A stretch of DNA of 60,950 bases, the filler included, from Sphacelaria rigidula (lineage: Eukaryota): NCBI GenBank assembly GCA_964200075.2. It is 4 parts of 4 records of this genome, joined end to end, with 100 filler letters (N's around TTAATTAATTAA, not from the genome) between each part and the next. Parts side by side here need not be neighbours in the genome. Positions count along the whole stretch, not along the records: positions 1 to 15,167 come from CAXNAA020001880.1; positions 15,268 to 30,432 come from CAXNAA020001881.1; 2 more parts are not named here. One strand, given 5' to 3'. The notes beneath the pieces were generated by a model. It saw nothing but the letters and a program-made list of their open reading frames with translations. It was not told the DNA's origin and ran no database searches. Each line of letters starts with the position of its first letter. The first letter of the stretch is position 1. Below are positions 10,501 through 23,700 of this stretch, one piece after another. Both the position numbers and the translations under genes were made by a program.

Positions 10501-12814
10501 ATTTTGGCGACAATCTTATTTCGTACACAAGGCAGTGTGGCTCCTGGGCTGACAGAGCAGGTGGTTTACATGCCTCTTGCCACCGCTATGCTTGTTGACG
10601 AGCATATATATACCTGTTGACATATACCTCTGCTTGCAGCGTACCTGGTGCTATTAGTATTTGTTTGCCCACCGAAAATATTTCATGCTTACGGCAACCA
10701 TCTAAGGAATCAACCACTCCGAAGTTTGGTTTCCAAAAGCGATCATCAACCACACATGTCCATGAACGCATATTGACTTCTCAACCTACTTGCTGCATGT
10801 GAAAATAGGAAGGGCCCGCGGCACGCTATGAAACCGTGTGTGTCGACTGTCCCGAGTGGGACGAGTGCTCCGGCTGTAGCATCGCAACGGGAAACCTCGT
10901 GTCGACATGTGAGGCGCCGTTGGAGCACACCGAGGCCGCGCAACCTGGCACCACTTTGGAGACCCTGAACATCGCTGGCGGCTACTGGCGCGCAACTAGC
11001 GACAGCGACAATATCCTGGCCTGCTACAATGCGAATGCTTGCAACGGGGGACAAACGGGAACAGAGGACTACTGTGCGCCAGGGTACACCGGACCATGTG
11101 AGGGGCGTGTTCCAAACCACGTGCTTGCATGTGCTTTTTTTTGGGCGGCAGAAGAGGAGCCCACTCTCTGGTTTCGTCTCCAATATAATCGCCTAGTCTC
11201 CGTGTGCTTTTCGTAGCGCTCACTACGCCCTTGTGCTCGGATGCTTCTTCGCGTAATTGTTTTCGCAGACTGCGCAGTGTGCGAAGCCGGCTATTCTCCG
11301 TCGCTCTCTTACTCCTGCACGCGGTGCTCGAGCTCCAGACGCCAGGGGCTCATGGCCGCCATCGTCATTGCCTCTTTCGTGGTAGCCTGTGTGGGTGTGG
11401 CGATTGTTCGATACTTGGTGTCGACGCCTCAGCTAGAAGAGAGGAACGTCGGGTGCTTCCACCGCAGGATACTCCGAGCGATTCCCCTCCAGGCCTTGAA
11501 GATCATCGTCGTTGTGTGGCAGATTCTAATCCAGGTTTGCGCTCGTACCAAGGGTATGCCGTTCTATTTCTATTATTCACTGCGACTGGGGAGCATACGG
11601 CCATAGTTCGCAACGTGATACGGTATATCGACACAGGAAGAACAGCAGTAAGTGGGGTCACGAGAAAGCAGAAGCTTTGAGTTCCAGTGGCTTGCCGACG
11701 CCGTGTTTCAACCCAATCTTGTGCGTGTCTGCTTTGTAGCTTCTTACGGAAGCATTCCGTTTCTTGTTTTCTCGCTCTGATTCTCGTGCAGTTTGCGGAC
11801 GCCGCCCAAGTCATGTACCCAGGGGTGTACCAAGACTTTCTCAGCGCCATCGACGTGGTCAACTTCGACCTTGGTTCTGTGCTCTCGGCCGTGTGTTTGT
11901 GGTCCAATATGGACTTCCACGACCGGCTTCTTGTCAACACCCTGGGGCCTCTGGTGGTTGTTGGACTTCTGGGAATCACATACCGGGTCGCGATGTGCAG
12001 GAGTCGTGCAGCCGGTGGCGACGCTGTGGTGGAAAAGATCCGCTATAGACACCAGACGGTTCTGCTTCTGGTAACTTTCCTGATATACTCGTCGGTGTCG
12101 TCAACGGTGTTCCAGACGTTCGCCTGCGAAACGCTTGATGATGGGGCCAAATACCTTCGGGCGGACTACAACATTCAATGCACGGACGCCAAGCACAAGA
12201 ACTTTGAAGTCTACGCTGCAATCATGATCTTTGTATACCCTGTTGGGGTCCCTCTGCTTTACGCCATCCTCTTGTTCCAACGTCGTGACGTACTCGCTGA
12301 TGCTGATGCGGACAAAACGATAGCTCAGTCGATTTCTGGTCTTTGGGAGCCGTACAGGCCCGAGCGATTCTACTACGAGGTGATCGAGTGCGGACGCCGT
12401 ATCATGCTGACAGGAGTAGTCGTCTTCATATTCCCGAATGATGCGGCTCAAATCGCGATTACCATGTTGTTGGCCTTTTTCTTTCTGGCGATTTTCGAAA
12501 TTCTGCGCCCGTACGAGGCTGACTCTGACATGTGGCTGAGTCGTGGGGGGCACGTTGTCGTTTTCCTCAGCATGTTCTACTTCTTGCTGCTGAAGGTCGA
12601 TGTTTCTGGCGAAAGGAGCGAGAGTCAGGTCACATACGGAGGGCTGTTGTTGGCTGCTCACGTTTTGATGATGCTCGCCATTGTTGTCGAGGTGGTTGGG
12701 ATCTGCTATGCGTCCAGAGGAAATGAGCAAGTTGTTGAAGACAAACCATCATCATCTGGGAGTCTTCCGAAGTCGGCGGCGCGCGCTGGGTCGGATGAAG
12801 CACGTTATAGTTAG
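7553..12814 (+). CDS. Polymorphic-outer-membrane-protein-like (GGAI/FxxN beta-helix repeat) adhesin/receptor with Cys-rich linker and multi-pass TM C-terminus, ~1327 aa
   Basis: Exons 7553-9767, 9928-10118, 10809-11097, 11269-11534, 11792-12814; all GT-AG, phases consistent, 3984 nt total. Signal peptide MGLPQMAYILPLAYVSLLAIFARA; ~22 ~28-aa GGA(I/V/M)...WDGDGTQF.SN repeats; GYWR and YCAPGYTGPYCAVC Cys motifs; TM region with FQTFAC, YLRADY, LWEPYRPERFYYEVIEC. Confidence 0.9.
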
Positions 12815-13657
12815 AGCTTTCACCGCCGTCAGAGGTTGCTTGTGGGGGAAGCGCTTAGTATCAGAGGGTACCAAATATACTCGATGAGTTATTGGGGCTG
12901 TTGATACTGCAGGCGGCATGATGACTGTCACCACGTTTGTTTTTGCTGTAGGTGGAAATTCTTAGTTCATTGCAACATTTTGTATGCGGTGCAGGGTTTC
13001 CGAGTATTTGTGGGCATAGTTGTGGAAAAATTCGGCAAAGGATGCAGCTCAGGCTTGCAGATGAGAAACGTCGAAATGGGGTCGGCGCTTGATTATTTCC
13101 GTTATTTTTATGCTTCCAACATGAAGCTAACCCCATTTTAAGCCTAGGATTAATAGCTAAAGCTCGTCGTCGAGTTTTAAAATGTTCTGTACGGAACGCC
13201 ATCCGTCTTCGTACGAGCTCACAGCAAGCTCACAGCAAGCTCACAGAAAGCTGACAGAAAGCACCTCTGCTTCTGTCTTCTCTGGTGAGCTGCATCCCCG
13301 TGAGGATCAAGTGAAGGAGACATGGGGTGAGAGGGAGAGAGGGAGAGAGGGAGCTGCTGAAGTAAGATCGTGGACGGAATGAACACCGTATTTTTTTCTC
13401 GCCAACAAGGATAAAACGAGGCTGGTGGGTTTCTGGTCTACGATAGCTCCCTCTTGGTGGGTACGGATCCCGTCCAAGCAATGGTTGAAATCACCTTCGT
13501 GCCTCCCCAAATCCGAGGCGAAGCGTTCTAAGGATAGTCAAAACAGCGAGGGTGCGCGTGCCTTTGCGCCCGCGAAAGAGGAAGAAAATAGCGGAACCCC
13601 AACAAGGGAAGAACAGCTGAGTCGAGAGAACCACCAGCAGCTCCCCCGCCACAGCAC

Positions 13658-13918
13658 ATGCCCATGCCCCTGCCACCGAACGATTCCTTCGGGTCTCTGC
13701 AGGAGCTCCCTCGTTTGACTGAATTACGCCGATTCCCAAACAACAAGGGGAAGTAGACTTCAGAGGAGCACGAGGCATTTCTCCGTGGCATCCACCTTTT
13801 CCAGCGGAACTGGGAGGTCGTGGCTTCGTTGGTGCCCACCCCAACTGTCCTGCAGATTAGGACGTACGGACAGAAGTACTTCAAAAATATCGGCAAGGAA
13901 CAGCCGTTTCCCGACAAG
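13658..13918 (+). pseudogene. SHAQKYF-class MYB-like DNA-binding domain pseudogene fragment
   Basis: Translation KGK*TSEEHEAFLRGIHLFQRNWEVVASLVPTPTVLQIRTYGQKYF matches the GxWTxEEH..FL.GL..Y.R.W..VA..V.TRT..QIRTHAQKYF pattern. The first Trp position is TAG (13754-56). Confidence 0.8.
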
Positions 13919-14342
13919 CTTCGTTCTTGTATTTCGATGTTCACGGATATGTAAGTAGGACATGCCAGTCTCCCTTCCTTCGGATATGTTCGCGATCCGA
14001 AATTTCTAGGTTGAAACAAACTCAAGCTGTGATTGATTTCAAGGCAAGTTTTAGTGTTGCGGGATAATGTCTTTTTTTTTATTATTAATATTATTATTTC
14101 GCTTGCAATGAACAAACCACACAGTAATCATCAGACATTGCTCTCCAAAAGAACGAAATGAAGCCGAAAACCAATCGTAGTGGTGTGATGAACCAACCTC
14201 CAAGCTAATCAAACTCAATTGCAAATCTCGCATACCCGCAAAACAATTTTGTCGAATTTTCTACACTGACGCTAGGTAACACTCCTAGAGAAACGATCCA
14301 ATCCAACCGTATTCAAGCAAAACCCTACTTGTCCCTCCTTGG

Positions 14343-15167
14343 CACTCCCGACAACCAATCGAACAAAAACCGGCTTTCCACCTGGGAAGTGGAGGTTAAA
14401 GCTGTCACACGCATACTTCGGCGGCCAAACGTCAGTGCGGCATTGCTGATCGACCCTGCTACCGGTCATGCCAAGAGAGAACAGCCCGCCGTCTTGCTCA
14501 ATCTGTGGCAACCCCCTCTCCAGCCCGTTTCCCACCCCGAATCCGCCACTGCACCACCCCGTTCCTGCCTCCCTGCCACCTTCGACTGCAAGGGCCAAAC
14601 TCTCCCCCCTCGACACTCCCGACAACGAATCGAACAAAAGCCCGCTTTCCACCTGGGAAGTGGTTAGGTGAAAGCTGTCGCGCGCATATTTCGGCGGCCA
14701 AAAGTCAGTGCGGCATTGCTGATCGACCCTGCTACCGGTCATGCCAAGACCGAACAGCCCGCCGTCTTGCTCAATCTGTGGCATCCCCCTCTTCAGCCTG
14801 TTTCCCACCCCGAATCCGCCACTGCACCACCCCGTTCCTGCCTCCCTGCCACCTTCGACTGCAAGGGCCAAACTCTCCCCCCTCGACACTCCCGACCACG
14901 AATCGAACAAAGACCCGCTTTTCACCGAAGTGGTTAGGTGAAAGCTGTCACACGCATACTTCGGCGCGCAAAAGTCAGTGCGGCATTGCTGATCGACCCT
15001 GCTACCGGTCATGCCAAGACAGAACAGCCCGCCGTCTTGCTCAATCTGTGGTATCCCCCTCTCCAGCCCGTTTCCCACCCCGAATCCGCCACTGCACCAC
15101 CCCGTTCCTGCCTCCCTGCCACCTTCGACTGCAAGGGCCAAACTCTCCCCCCTCGACACTCCTGACC
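14343..15167. repeat. Tandem repeat, ~270-273-bp unit, at least 3 copies, running into an assembly gap
   Basis: Units start at 14343, 14614, 14887 and 15157 (CACTCCCGAC..); near-identical copies. Confidence 0.95.
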
Positions 15168-15267
15168 NNNNNNNNNNNNNNNNNNNNNNNNNNNNNNNNN
15201 NNNNNNNNNNNTTAATTAATTAANNNNNNNNNNNNNNNNNNNNNNNNNNNNNNNNNNNNNNNNNNNN
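15168..15267. other. Assembly spacer (N-run with TTAATTAATTAA linker)
   Basis: 100-bp N block with a central six-frame-stop linker; identical spacers at 30433-30532 and 45692-45791. Confidence 0.98.
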
Positions 15268-17492
15268 GAGCTTTGGCGTGGGGACCCCGGAAAGTTGGGA
15301 CCCCCCCCCCCCCCCCCCCAACATTATCACCCACCATGATTACATTTATGGGATCATATTCCATGCCGTGTACCTCGAGTACCCACCAGTATTCCGGGCA
15401 AGTTTGGCGAGGCGTGAGATAATGTTGCTACTTTGGCTACAGGCTGTCGCTACCGTGCGCTCGTGTGAATACATGTGTGTGAGCGTGGCTGGCATCCGAG
15501 GTCATTGGGACAGGGCGGGCAAGGAGCAGAGGCCAATATACGAACCTCGCGAAGAATCTGTAGCCGCGCCAGCCGTAGGGTTTGCGCGTCCACTCAGGGA
15601 ATGAAGAAGACCCCTGAGTATGTGAAAATGTGCTGTCGGACCGAGAACACAACAAGCGCGAGTCTCATTCTCATGAATTAACTGTGAAGTGGATACAAAT
15701 GGATACAAATGGATACAACCCGACTACCTGTCTGGTGGCGTCATCGGGGGGGGTGGTCTTATACTCGGGCGCTACTTCCCGTGTCGTTCCCCGGTTAGAA
15801 GGGGCAGATAATCGATCAGCGATTGAACGAGAAGGGCACACACTCGTGGTGCTTTTGTGGGTAGGGTTCTCGTAGCGACTACGTAATCATTTAGGATCTG
15901 CCACAAATGATCCCGCTGTGTCTTCGTGCTTGTTCTTCTTTGCAATTATTTTGTGGGATGAACCTGTGGATGCACCAGCCGCGGCGATATGCCTACCCCG
16001 CCAAATACTCGCCTGAGCTACATTCGTGTGTTTTACTATCAATATTACTAGGTGGCCTATAACAGTCGCTCATGATTGTTTGTTAATATCTTCCCATTCT
16101 AATCGATGTCGGTGTCCGAAACTCTCGTACATCCAATGCTAATGTCCTCATTCGTACAGAGGTTCGGCTCCAGATGCTGTTCACGCTTTACTTTGTTATT
16201 GCAACGGGAACTCATCAATTTTGCTGTACTGTTGTGCCTGTCTAAATCTGTTGATAATGGTATTTGAACTTGCTGCCGCACCCCCGATTTACCACTTCCA
16301 TGACTCGCAAATATCTCCGCGCCGTGCTCAGTTTTTTCAGAACGATTCCTGCATGATCGTCTTAGTACTGTCTCCTGCTGAGATTTGCGGTACACCAACC
16401 CACATGCGTACAGTTTGGGTCAATATTTTGCCACGATCAGACCAACAGGGGTCGGTACCTACGAGAAGCTCCAGGGGTCTTGCGGCACATTCGTCGTTCA
16501 CTGGGAGGTATCGTTTCAGGCTTTGGTTCGGTCCTACGAAATCATGTCATTCACACTTGAGGCCGTTGGGAGTGTGGCAATTCCGGCTATCACGTCCGAA
16601 ACTACACTCGAGGCATCATACAACCGCGTGAGAGCATGACAAATCATTCGCTAATGAAGGCGCCAGCAGTGAATACCGTGACAATACTGCAATACGAACA
16701 TATTCATGAGCACGCCCAGCTAGAGTTCTCAGCATTGACCTGTCTGTCCGCGGTTGGGCTGCACCGCAGGAATCACCTACAGAATGGTCCATGTCGTACG
16801 TGCTGACTGTACTCTAGGTGTAACCATCGTTAAAGAGGCACATTATGCAAAAAGACTCACACGTACGCAACCATGTCAACAACGTAAACCCTACAGCCAG
16901 GCTATACACAAAACAGCACCGTCCGGGGCGACCATCGTGTGTGTTCAAGCACTGACTGCTGTACTGGCGGATGTTGTCATAGAGGGGCGCGGAGTATCCA
17001 AGCTTGTCCAAGCCATCATACCCCAACACCCTGCTGTTTCATAGTTCGCAACTCATAGATATTGGGTAGCACGTTTATAGCCACTTCTACATTAGCACTG
17101 GAATAAATGACTAGAGTACTGCTCACCTGAGTGCTGTCAACCCGGCACACCCACCCAGTCTTGGTCTCCTGTGTCCTGTGCAAGGAACAGCTTGTTCGCG
17201 CGGTCCATGTTTTCCCCCTTTTTATGTCGTCATATTTGACCGTTTCTCACTCAAGTCCCGTCTATCAGAGTCTGTAGCTCCTTTATTCCTTCAACAAAGC
17301 TGAAGAGAAGGCGTACTGCGCCTCTGTGACTTGCAGGGGTACCAGTGCTTTCAGGAAAATCTCCTAGAGTGCTCCCATCTTGCGTGCTCCGACGCGGAGA
17401 ACTTACGGTGTCTGCGAATAGGCGTGAGCAGCTAGTACGCGTCGTAATTCGGTGCAGTAGTCGCTTTGCTCCGCTTTTCCGCTGCATCGGGG

Positions 17493-17493
17493 C

Positions 17494-17579
<86 letters not shown>

Positions 17580-17580
17580 C
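17493..17580. repeat. (CAA)n microsatellite, ~29 units
   Basis: Perfect trinucleotide run ~170 bp upstream of the MFS gene ATG. Confidence 0.98.
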
Positions 17581-17746
17581 GTCTTGCTCTGTCCTCGGAA
17601 GGGATACGAGGACAGGCGTGTCTCGACCTTGACAGACAGTAGAGAGCGTACCCATTTTATCAGCAGCAAGTGCTACTAGCTACTGATCGAGCATCAAGCA
17701 GCCGTGTGGGTTCCTACCTGGTACTTCGTTGCGACCATTTCATTCC

Positions 17747-20700
17747 ATGAAATACTCTACCGACACAGACGACGACGATTTGAATCACTTCAACCACGCC
17801 CTTGCGACTGCCGGCGACGATGATGGTGCCGTTGGGGCGGGTGCGAGGGTATCGGGATGGACGGGGACGTTTCTAAGGTGGATTGAGGAGCTGCGCGCGT
17901 CTTTGAGGGGTCGTAGGTTGTTCACGCTGTTCGCGCTGGTCAACCTTGTCAACTATTTGGACAGAGGGGTAAGCTCATGGTACAATGATATGCTCATCGT
18001 AGCTTACGGAATTTAACACCCCCTCGCGTAGTTTGATTTTTTCACCTCGATCGTCTCGGAAGACCGGACAATGGAGCTCGTGGCACCAAGGTAGCATAAC
18101 TAGGAAGTCAGCGTTGAGATTTTTCTATGTCGGGTTTTTCTGTTCGCAAATTTGAAGATCTCAGGGCCCGAGTGTGTTGTGCCCTGTACATGACCACTGG
18201 CTACATCACACCCGTTGTGATGGCGTGGGTGTATCTTCTAGTCGTACTATTAGTCCATCAGGGGCGTTTTCATGATCCATTGAGCGTACGTTGGAGCCTC
18301 GCGTTCGCGGGATCGATACCATGGAGATGGGCCTAATCATGTAGTGCCAATAGTGCTGGTTTCTACATTCACGCGGAGGGTTCAGCGATATCTTTCGCGC
18401 TACCTGCCCGCATCCTTGTCCACTTCGTGTGTTTTGGTGCGGACGAGCATGCCACCGCGTTTGTACCCACACGGCGAGGCGATGGGCATGGGCTTCGCCT
18501 CAGCCCATCTGCTCGCCGGCTAGAAAAGTGCGCCGTTGGCACGGTGTAGGCGACCTGTATTCTCGCTACCACACAGCAGCCTAGTTCACGAAGCAGCTAC
18601 GGGTGCTCCTGTATTGTTGCTGCAGCAGCGAGAAGCGTCGAAAGAGCCCCGCTCCTCTTCTATTAGTAGTACCCTCGTCCCCTTCTGTAGTACAACGTTT
18701 GTCGAGGGTATCCTACTCGTTTCTGTGATTATTTCGACGTGCACGTACCGAGTACGACCATCCGTTTCTGATGTGCTGATGATATTTTTCTGGCCATCTG
18801 ACGGACGAGGTAAATCACATCTGACCTATGAGGGTGGAATTTCCGTTCGTCCGTTCGGCGGTGACTCTACTCGATGGTGTTGACGTTTTTTACAGAACAG
18901 TATTGTAGCGTAAACGACGTGAAGAATCTACAACTGACTTCGTGATATAGAATTGCGTGCCGAATTATCAGTAATGTTTTCCGTGGGACTGACGCTCGGG
19001 TGCAAACCACCACGGTTACGGATTATCCCATCTCGAGAGCGTTGGTCATTATGTTCCCCGAGCACACGAAAACGCAGGGGAGGGGGCTTTTAATTTCAAT
19101 CACGGGGGACCAACTTCATTTTTCCCGAGGGGCTACATTTACATCCATGTGAAGCCGACACCTCGTCCTCCTTGTCGGAGGGAAGAGTGGACGTTCTAAA
19201 TTCCATACTCTACACTTGTACGAGTACTTGCTTGGCTATTGTAGAGCCTTGGATTTCGTGACAATAATCCAAATCTCCGCAGAGGGGCTCATACAAGATT
19301 GATCCTCCCAGGAACACCAAAAGTCTTTGACGCATCGACCAAATCTACAATATCGTGGCCTGCTGCGAACAGAAGCACACACATGGGGATCCCTGCAAAG
19401 CTATTCACAGCTCGGTCGTCAGGGTCGGTTCAGCATTTCAAAGAATTATGAACACTCAAAATGGCTACTAAGGCCAACTCTTATGGAAGCGTTTAAAATT
19501 TTGTTTTGCAATAATTTTAAATTACTTTTTTTTTCTTTGCCGTAGTTGTGTATTTTGTGCCCGTTCACCATGATGACAAAGAAAAAAAAACTCCTCTGAA
19601 ATTGTTGCAAAATAAAATTTTGAACGCTCCCATAAGAGTTGGCCTAATAGCTGCATTCTCGGTGAACGTTTTGGTACAAAATCGCTTTGGCATCCGATTT
19701 TTGCTCAAAAGCCCTCAAATGTGAGAAATAGATCACTGACAACGTGAGATTGAAATGAGTAGTCGATGAAGTTTTTGTGGTGGGTCAAAAGCTGTGACGA
19801 AAACATTAGTTCGGGGCCGTCTAAGATTCAGGATGGTATCCGGAGATAAATCATTACCGTACAAAGTCGTCTGCTACCGTTTTCAAGAATGCGAGCCTAT
19901 ATTTTTCGGGGTAAATGCGGATGAGAGAGGATCTAAAAAAAAAAGTTGAAAAGATGAATCTGGATTGTTGGAGTACAGTGACCGAAGAATCACCATTTTC
20001 GACAAAGTATTTTTTCGAGACACTCCGATGACATCCTCCCAATTTAGCTGCGCGCTCACCCCCAAAGTTTCAAACTCTAAATTCAACAAACGATGCCATT
20101 ATACAAACGATGGTATGATGCTATCATGGTACCATGGTACAACTGACACCGTTAGCGGGGGGAAAGTGCGGGTTCGATTCCCGCTAGAATATCATTAGAT
20201 GCGTTAATTAATAGTTTGACCTTTGTCTTGGAAATATCTGATTTCCGTTAATGAAAGCACGAGCACGTGAGTAGTCTGTCTGGCTGAGTTGGTTAGACGA
20301 CAGTCGACACGGTGTGGGAGTGCTGATCATCATCCGATCCGCGGTGCCAAATTGTAACGCATGTGTGGGGGATGTGATGGATTGAGATTGATCCCTTGTG
20401 ACCACGGACTAGTCCCGAGGAAGGGCAGGAGTCTGAAGTGAGGAGAAAATAAAAACTCTTAGAAACGGTGGTGGGCAAACCCATCGAACATTTTTGGTCT
20501 TCTTCGGTGGGGTCAGCCTGTGTAGCTGTGTACCCATGGTACGCTGTAGGAGCCGCATTCGCACGCCTCTGATGGGTGTGTATGACAGGTGTGCATGATA
20601 CGGTATCAGTCAGCTTCCGATACAGTGCATATACAACCTTGGCCAACAGTCAGCCAAGAAACCGAGGGCTCGCAAGTGTCGCCGCGCGCAGAGCTGGCTT

Positions 20701-23700
20701 TTTCGAGTTGGGACATGAAACTTCAACACGTGATTTGCAAGATAGTCGGCAACACATTCCCAGAAGCCCTGACCTTGAAAAAAATCTTTGGCCAAGATAC
20801 GACCGACCAAAATAACTGGCAATTCGACTGGTGGATCGTATATCGACACCTCCAAATAAAGGATGTCAGGAATTTTCGGCATGTATCGGCGGCGAGTACC
20901 TCGCAAATTACGTGTCAAACTTTCACGTCCCAACCCGAAAAAGTGAGCTCTGCGTGGCTCTACTTGCGATATTTGCCCTGAGATCGCATTGTAAACAAAC
21001 TCACGTACAATATAAAGGGTCCTAAGGTTCGGCTACAAGTTTCGAACGACGATAAATCACGAAATGAGGCGTTCGCTGCGTTTCTTGTCGCCTCGGGACT
21101 GACACAATTTTCCGGCAATTCGGAAATAGTTCATTTTCATGAGAATGTTTCAGGAGAACCTACACAAAACCCCTATATAAAGGGCGGAAAAACGGAGACG
21201 CAAGTATTACGACATTATGTAGGTGGATTTCCCGAGCTGGATGGCTCCACGCGACCGCATATACTAGTCTGTTATAACGACATGCTGAGCTTAACCTGAC
21301 TCAGTGCCGATCGGAAGACCATCTCACAAAATGCTGTTTATTGGTCGACCCAGCTTGTCCTGGCGGCTGTAAATAATTGTCATTGTCATTGTGATCACCT
21401 TGACTTGATCAATCACCTCAGCATCTAGATATGGACGCGATCGGGTACATTTTGCCCATGTCTTGTACTCCTGGCAGCGCTGCTGCTTTGGGGTGCATCG
21501 ACACGGAAGTAAGCATGCGCCTGTCGTGACACGCTTTACCTTATGTTGTTTGCGGGGTTTGAGGGTGCAGGTAGTTGTACATGCCGACAAAAACATCTGC
21601 TTTACACACAGGCTCGAATAACGGACTATACTCGTAGGAATAAACATGCCCCCGATGCAGAGATGTCACACTAGTTTGACTCTTGTTTATTGTTTATCCT
21701 CAACCGCCCTATCGATCATCCCCGTTTTTATGTTTCCTCGGTCCTATATATAGAGAGAAGATAATATAATACCATCTGGTGGTTCCTGCCATGTGTATTT
21801 CACTATATTTCACTGGACTGTGCATTCTATTGAAAATCATCACACGTCAACACGATTTGCAGGTTGTTCCAGGCGGAAGCGAAGAGTTCAACATGTTTAT
21901 CACGAAAGACCTCCGCACAGCGCGACCGGACGTCTTCTTGGGTGTGCTGCAGAGCGCCTTCATTCTAGGTGCCTTTACCCCCCCCCCCCCCCAGGAGTAC
22001 AATGGTCAAACCACTAAGGCAAGCAACACATGAGAACGCCCCAGGAGTACACGCCCCCCCCCCTCCCCTCCCCCCCGCGCGCACGCATTTGGTACGTTAG
22101 ATGGTAGCGAGAAAACGATCGCTTCACTCGGAGACAGGTGGTGGTCACAGACGACGAAGCAGGAAGTGGATTAGATATGATGTAATGTATGTAAGAAACG
22201 TCATGACCGCCCAAATGTTGGAGGTCTTCCCATTATTAATAGGAGTAGCAAAGATGCTCCGTCTTGAAAGGAATGCGTGGTCAATGCTCAAGTCACCAAC
22301 GGAAGTAACAACAAAATACGGTACCCCCCCCCCCCCCCCCAATGACTTCAGCATTTGGTCATGGCGTTGTGGCAATTTCTGTCAGCATGTGCTAGACCCA
22401 TTTGTAATAGAAGTAGTAGCCCTGGTAGATCCACCTGGTGTTGGAGGGTTGGGAGGAGCGATCCCTTCGCCTCACGTCAGCACGGGAATGAGGTTTCAAA
22501 TAGTAATTTCCCTCCGCAAGACCGTAAAGCTACCTTCCCTCTTCATTTTGTTCATAATGTCATCTCGACATCAACGGATAATGTCGCGGGAAAGGTCGCA
22601 GCACCCGGGTTGTCACGATCCATTCGTTGGTCGTGGTGTGTGACTGCTTCATGAAGATGCGTCGTAGTAACCTTGATGCCTGGAATATGATCGTGTAGTG
22701 ATGAGAGCATATATGCCGTCACGATAGCGTGTCGCGATTATCATGCGAGACCAACCAATCATCAATGAATACTATTACACTATAATGGAAGGATGACACC
22801 GTTCATCGTGGCCGTCCCGTCCCGTCGTCGAAAACAATAACAATATGTTCGTGCTATGCATACAGGATTCAGTGTCTCCTGCCTGATTTTCGCACGGATG
22901 GCTCGCTTTCATAGCCCCTTCAATCTAATGAGCGCCGGCTTAGGAGTGTGGTGTGCGTCCGCTTTGATGGCGGGACTGGCACGTCCGTTGGAAAGCTATT
23001 TTTTTCTTCTCTTTGCACGGTGAGCCACGAGAACGCTCGTCAACAGAAAGCATGCGTTGTAGCGCATGTTGCATGCTACCATTTGCAGCAGTTCTTTTTT
23101 TGAACGCTCCACAACCACGTGAGCACTTACTGCTGATGTGGTACAGGTGGCAGGTGCTGTTGGGATAGCAGACAACAGATGCGGCGACCATGTGACATTT
23201 GGATAGCAGCATGATTCGACAAAAGCATGACATGGTGAACTGAACCGGATAGCACATATGAATCCATGAAGCAACGTCTGTCAACACAGTGAATCTAAAC
23301 AAATTAAATGGGCGTGCAAAGATGTTTGTAGTCCTCATCCAATGCACACCTTCGGGATATTTGGCTGAGATCCGAAATTACACCGCAATGGCTCACTCAA
23401 GATACACCGTCGCGAAGTGCTGCATCGAGTCGTTGTGCGACAAGAGGGGTACTTCGGTAGAGGTCGTTTCAGTGGGGGGACCGCAGGGTATTTGTTTCAC
23501 TCAGTGATGCCACTGCCAGACGAATCTGCCAGTATCACCGATCGCCAACGATTTCTCTTGTTCCTTCCGCAATTATACGATGCTTGCCTAAGGTTGCTCT
23601 CCGGAGTGGGGGAGGCGAGTTTTGTAACAGTCGTGCCTCCATTAATCACGGAAACTGCCCCTCCTGGAGAGCGAGGAGTGTGGCTCGCCTTGTTCTACAC

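Noticed and set aside
15168-15267. TTAATTAATTAA motif inside N runs (also at 30433 and 45692)
   Set aside because: Artificial scaffold linker with stops in all frames, not biology.
15691-15765. (GGATACAAAT)x3 next to a minus-strand CCGATGA-hairpin resembling a Penelope-type hammerhead
   Set aside because: The core has C instead of U4, stem II pairs poorly and GAAA is absent. It may be a retroelement end, but a ribozyme cannot be supported.
16380-17410. Several minus-strand splice-like signals and short ORFs suggesting a divergent gene
   Set aside because: No consistent reading frame or recognisable domain could be assembled.
17251-17669. Poly-Val/Leu/Thr ORFs
   Set aside because: By-products of the (CAA)n microsatellite.
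20110-20190. B-box-like GGTTCGATTCCCGC
   Set aside because: No convincing A box or cloverleaf; at most a SINE/tRNA fragment.
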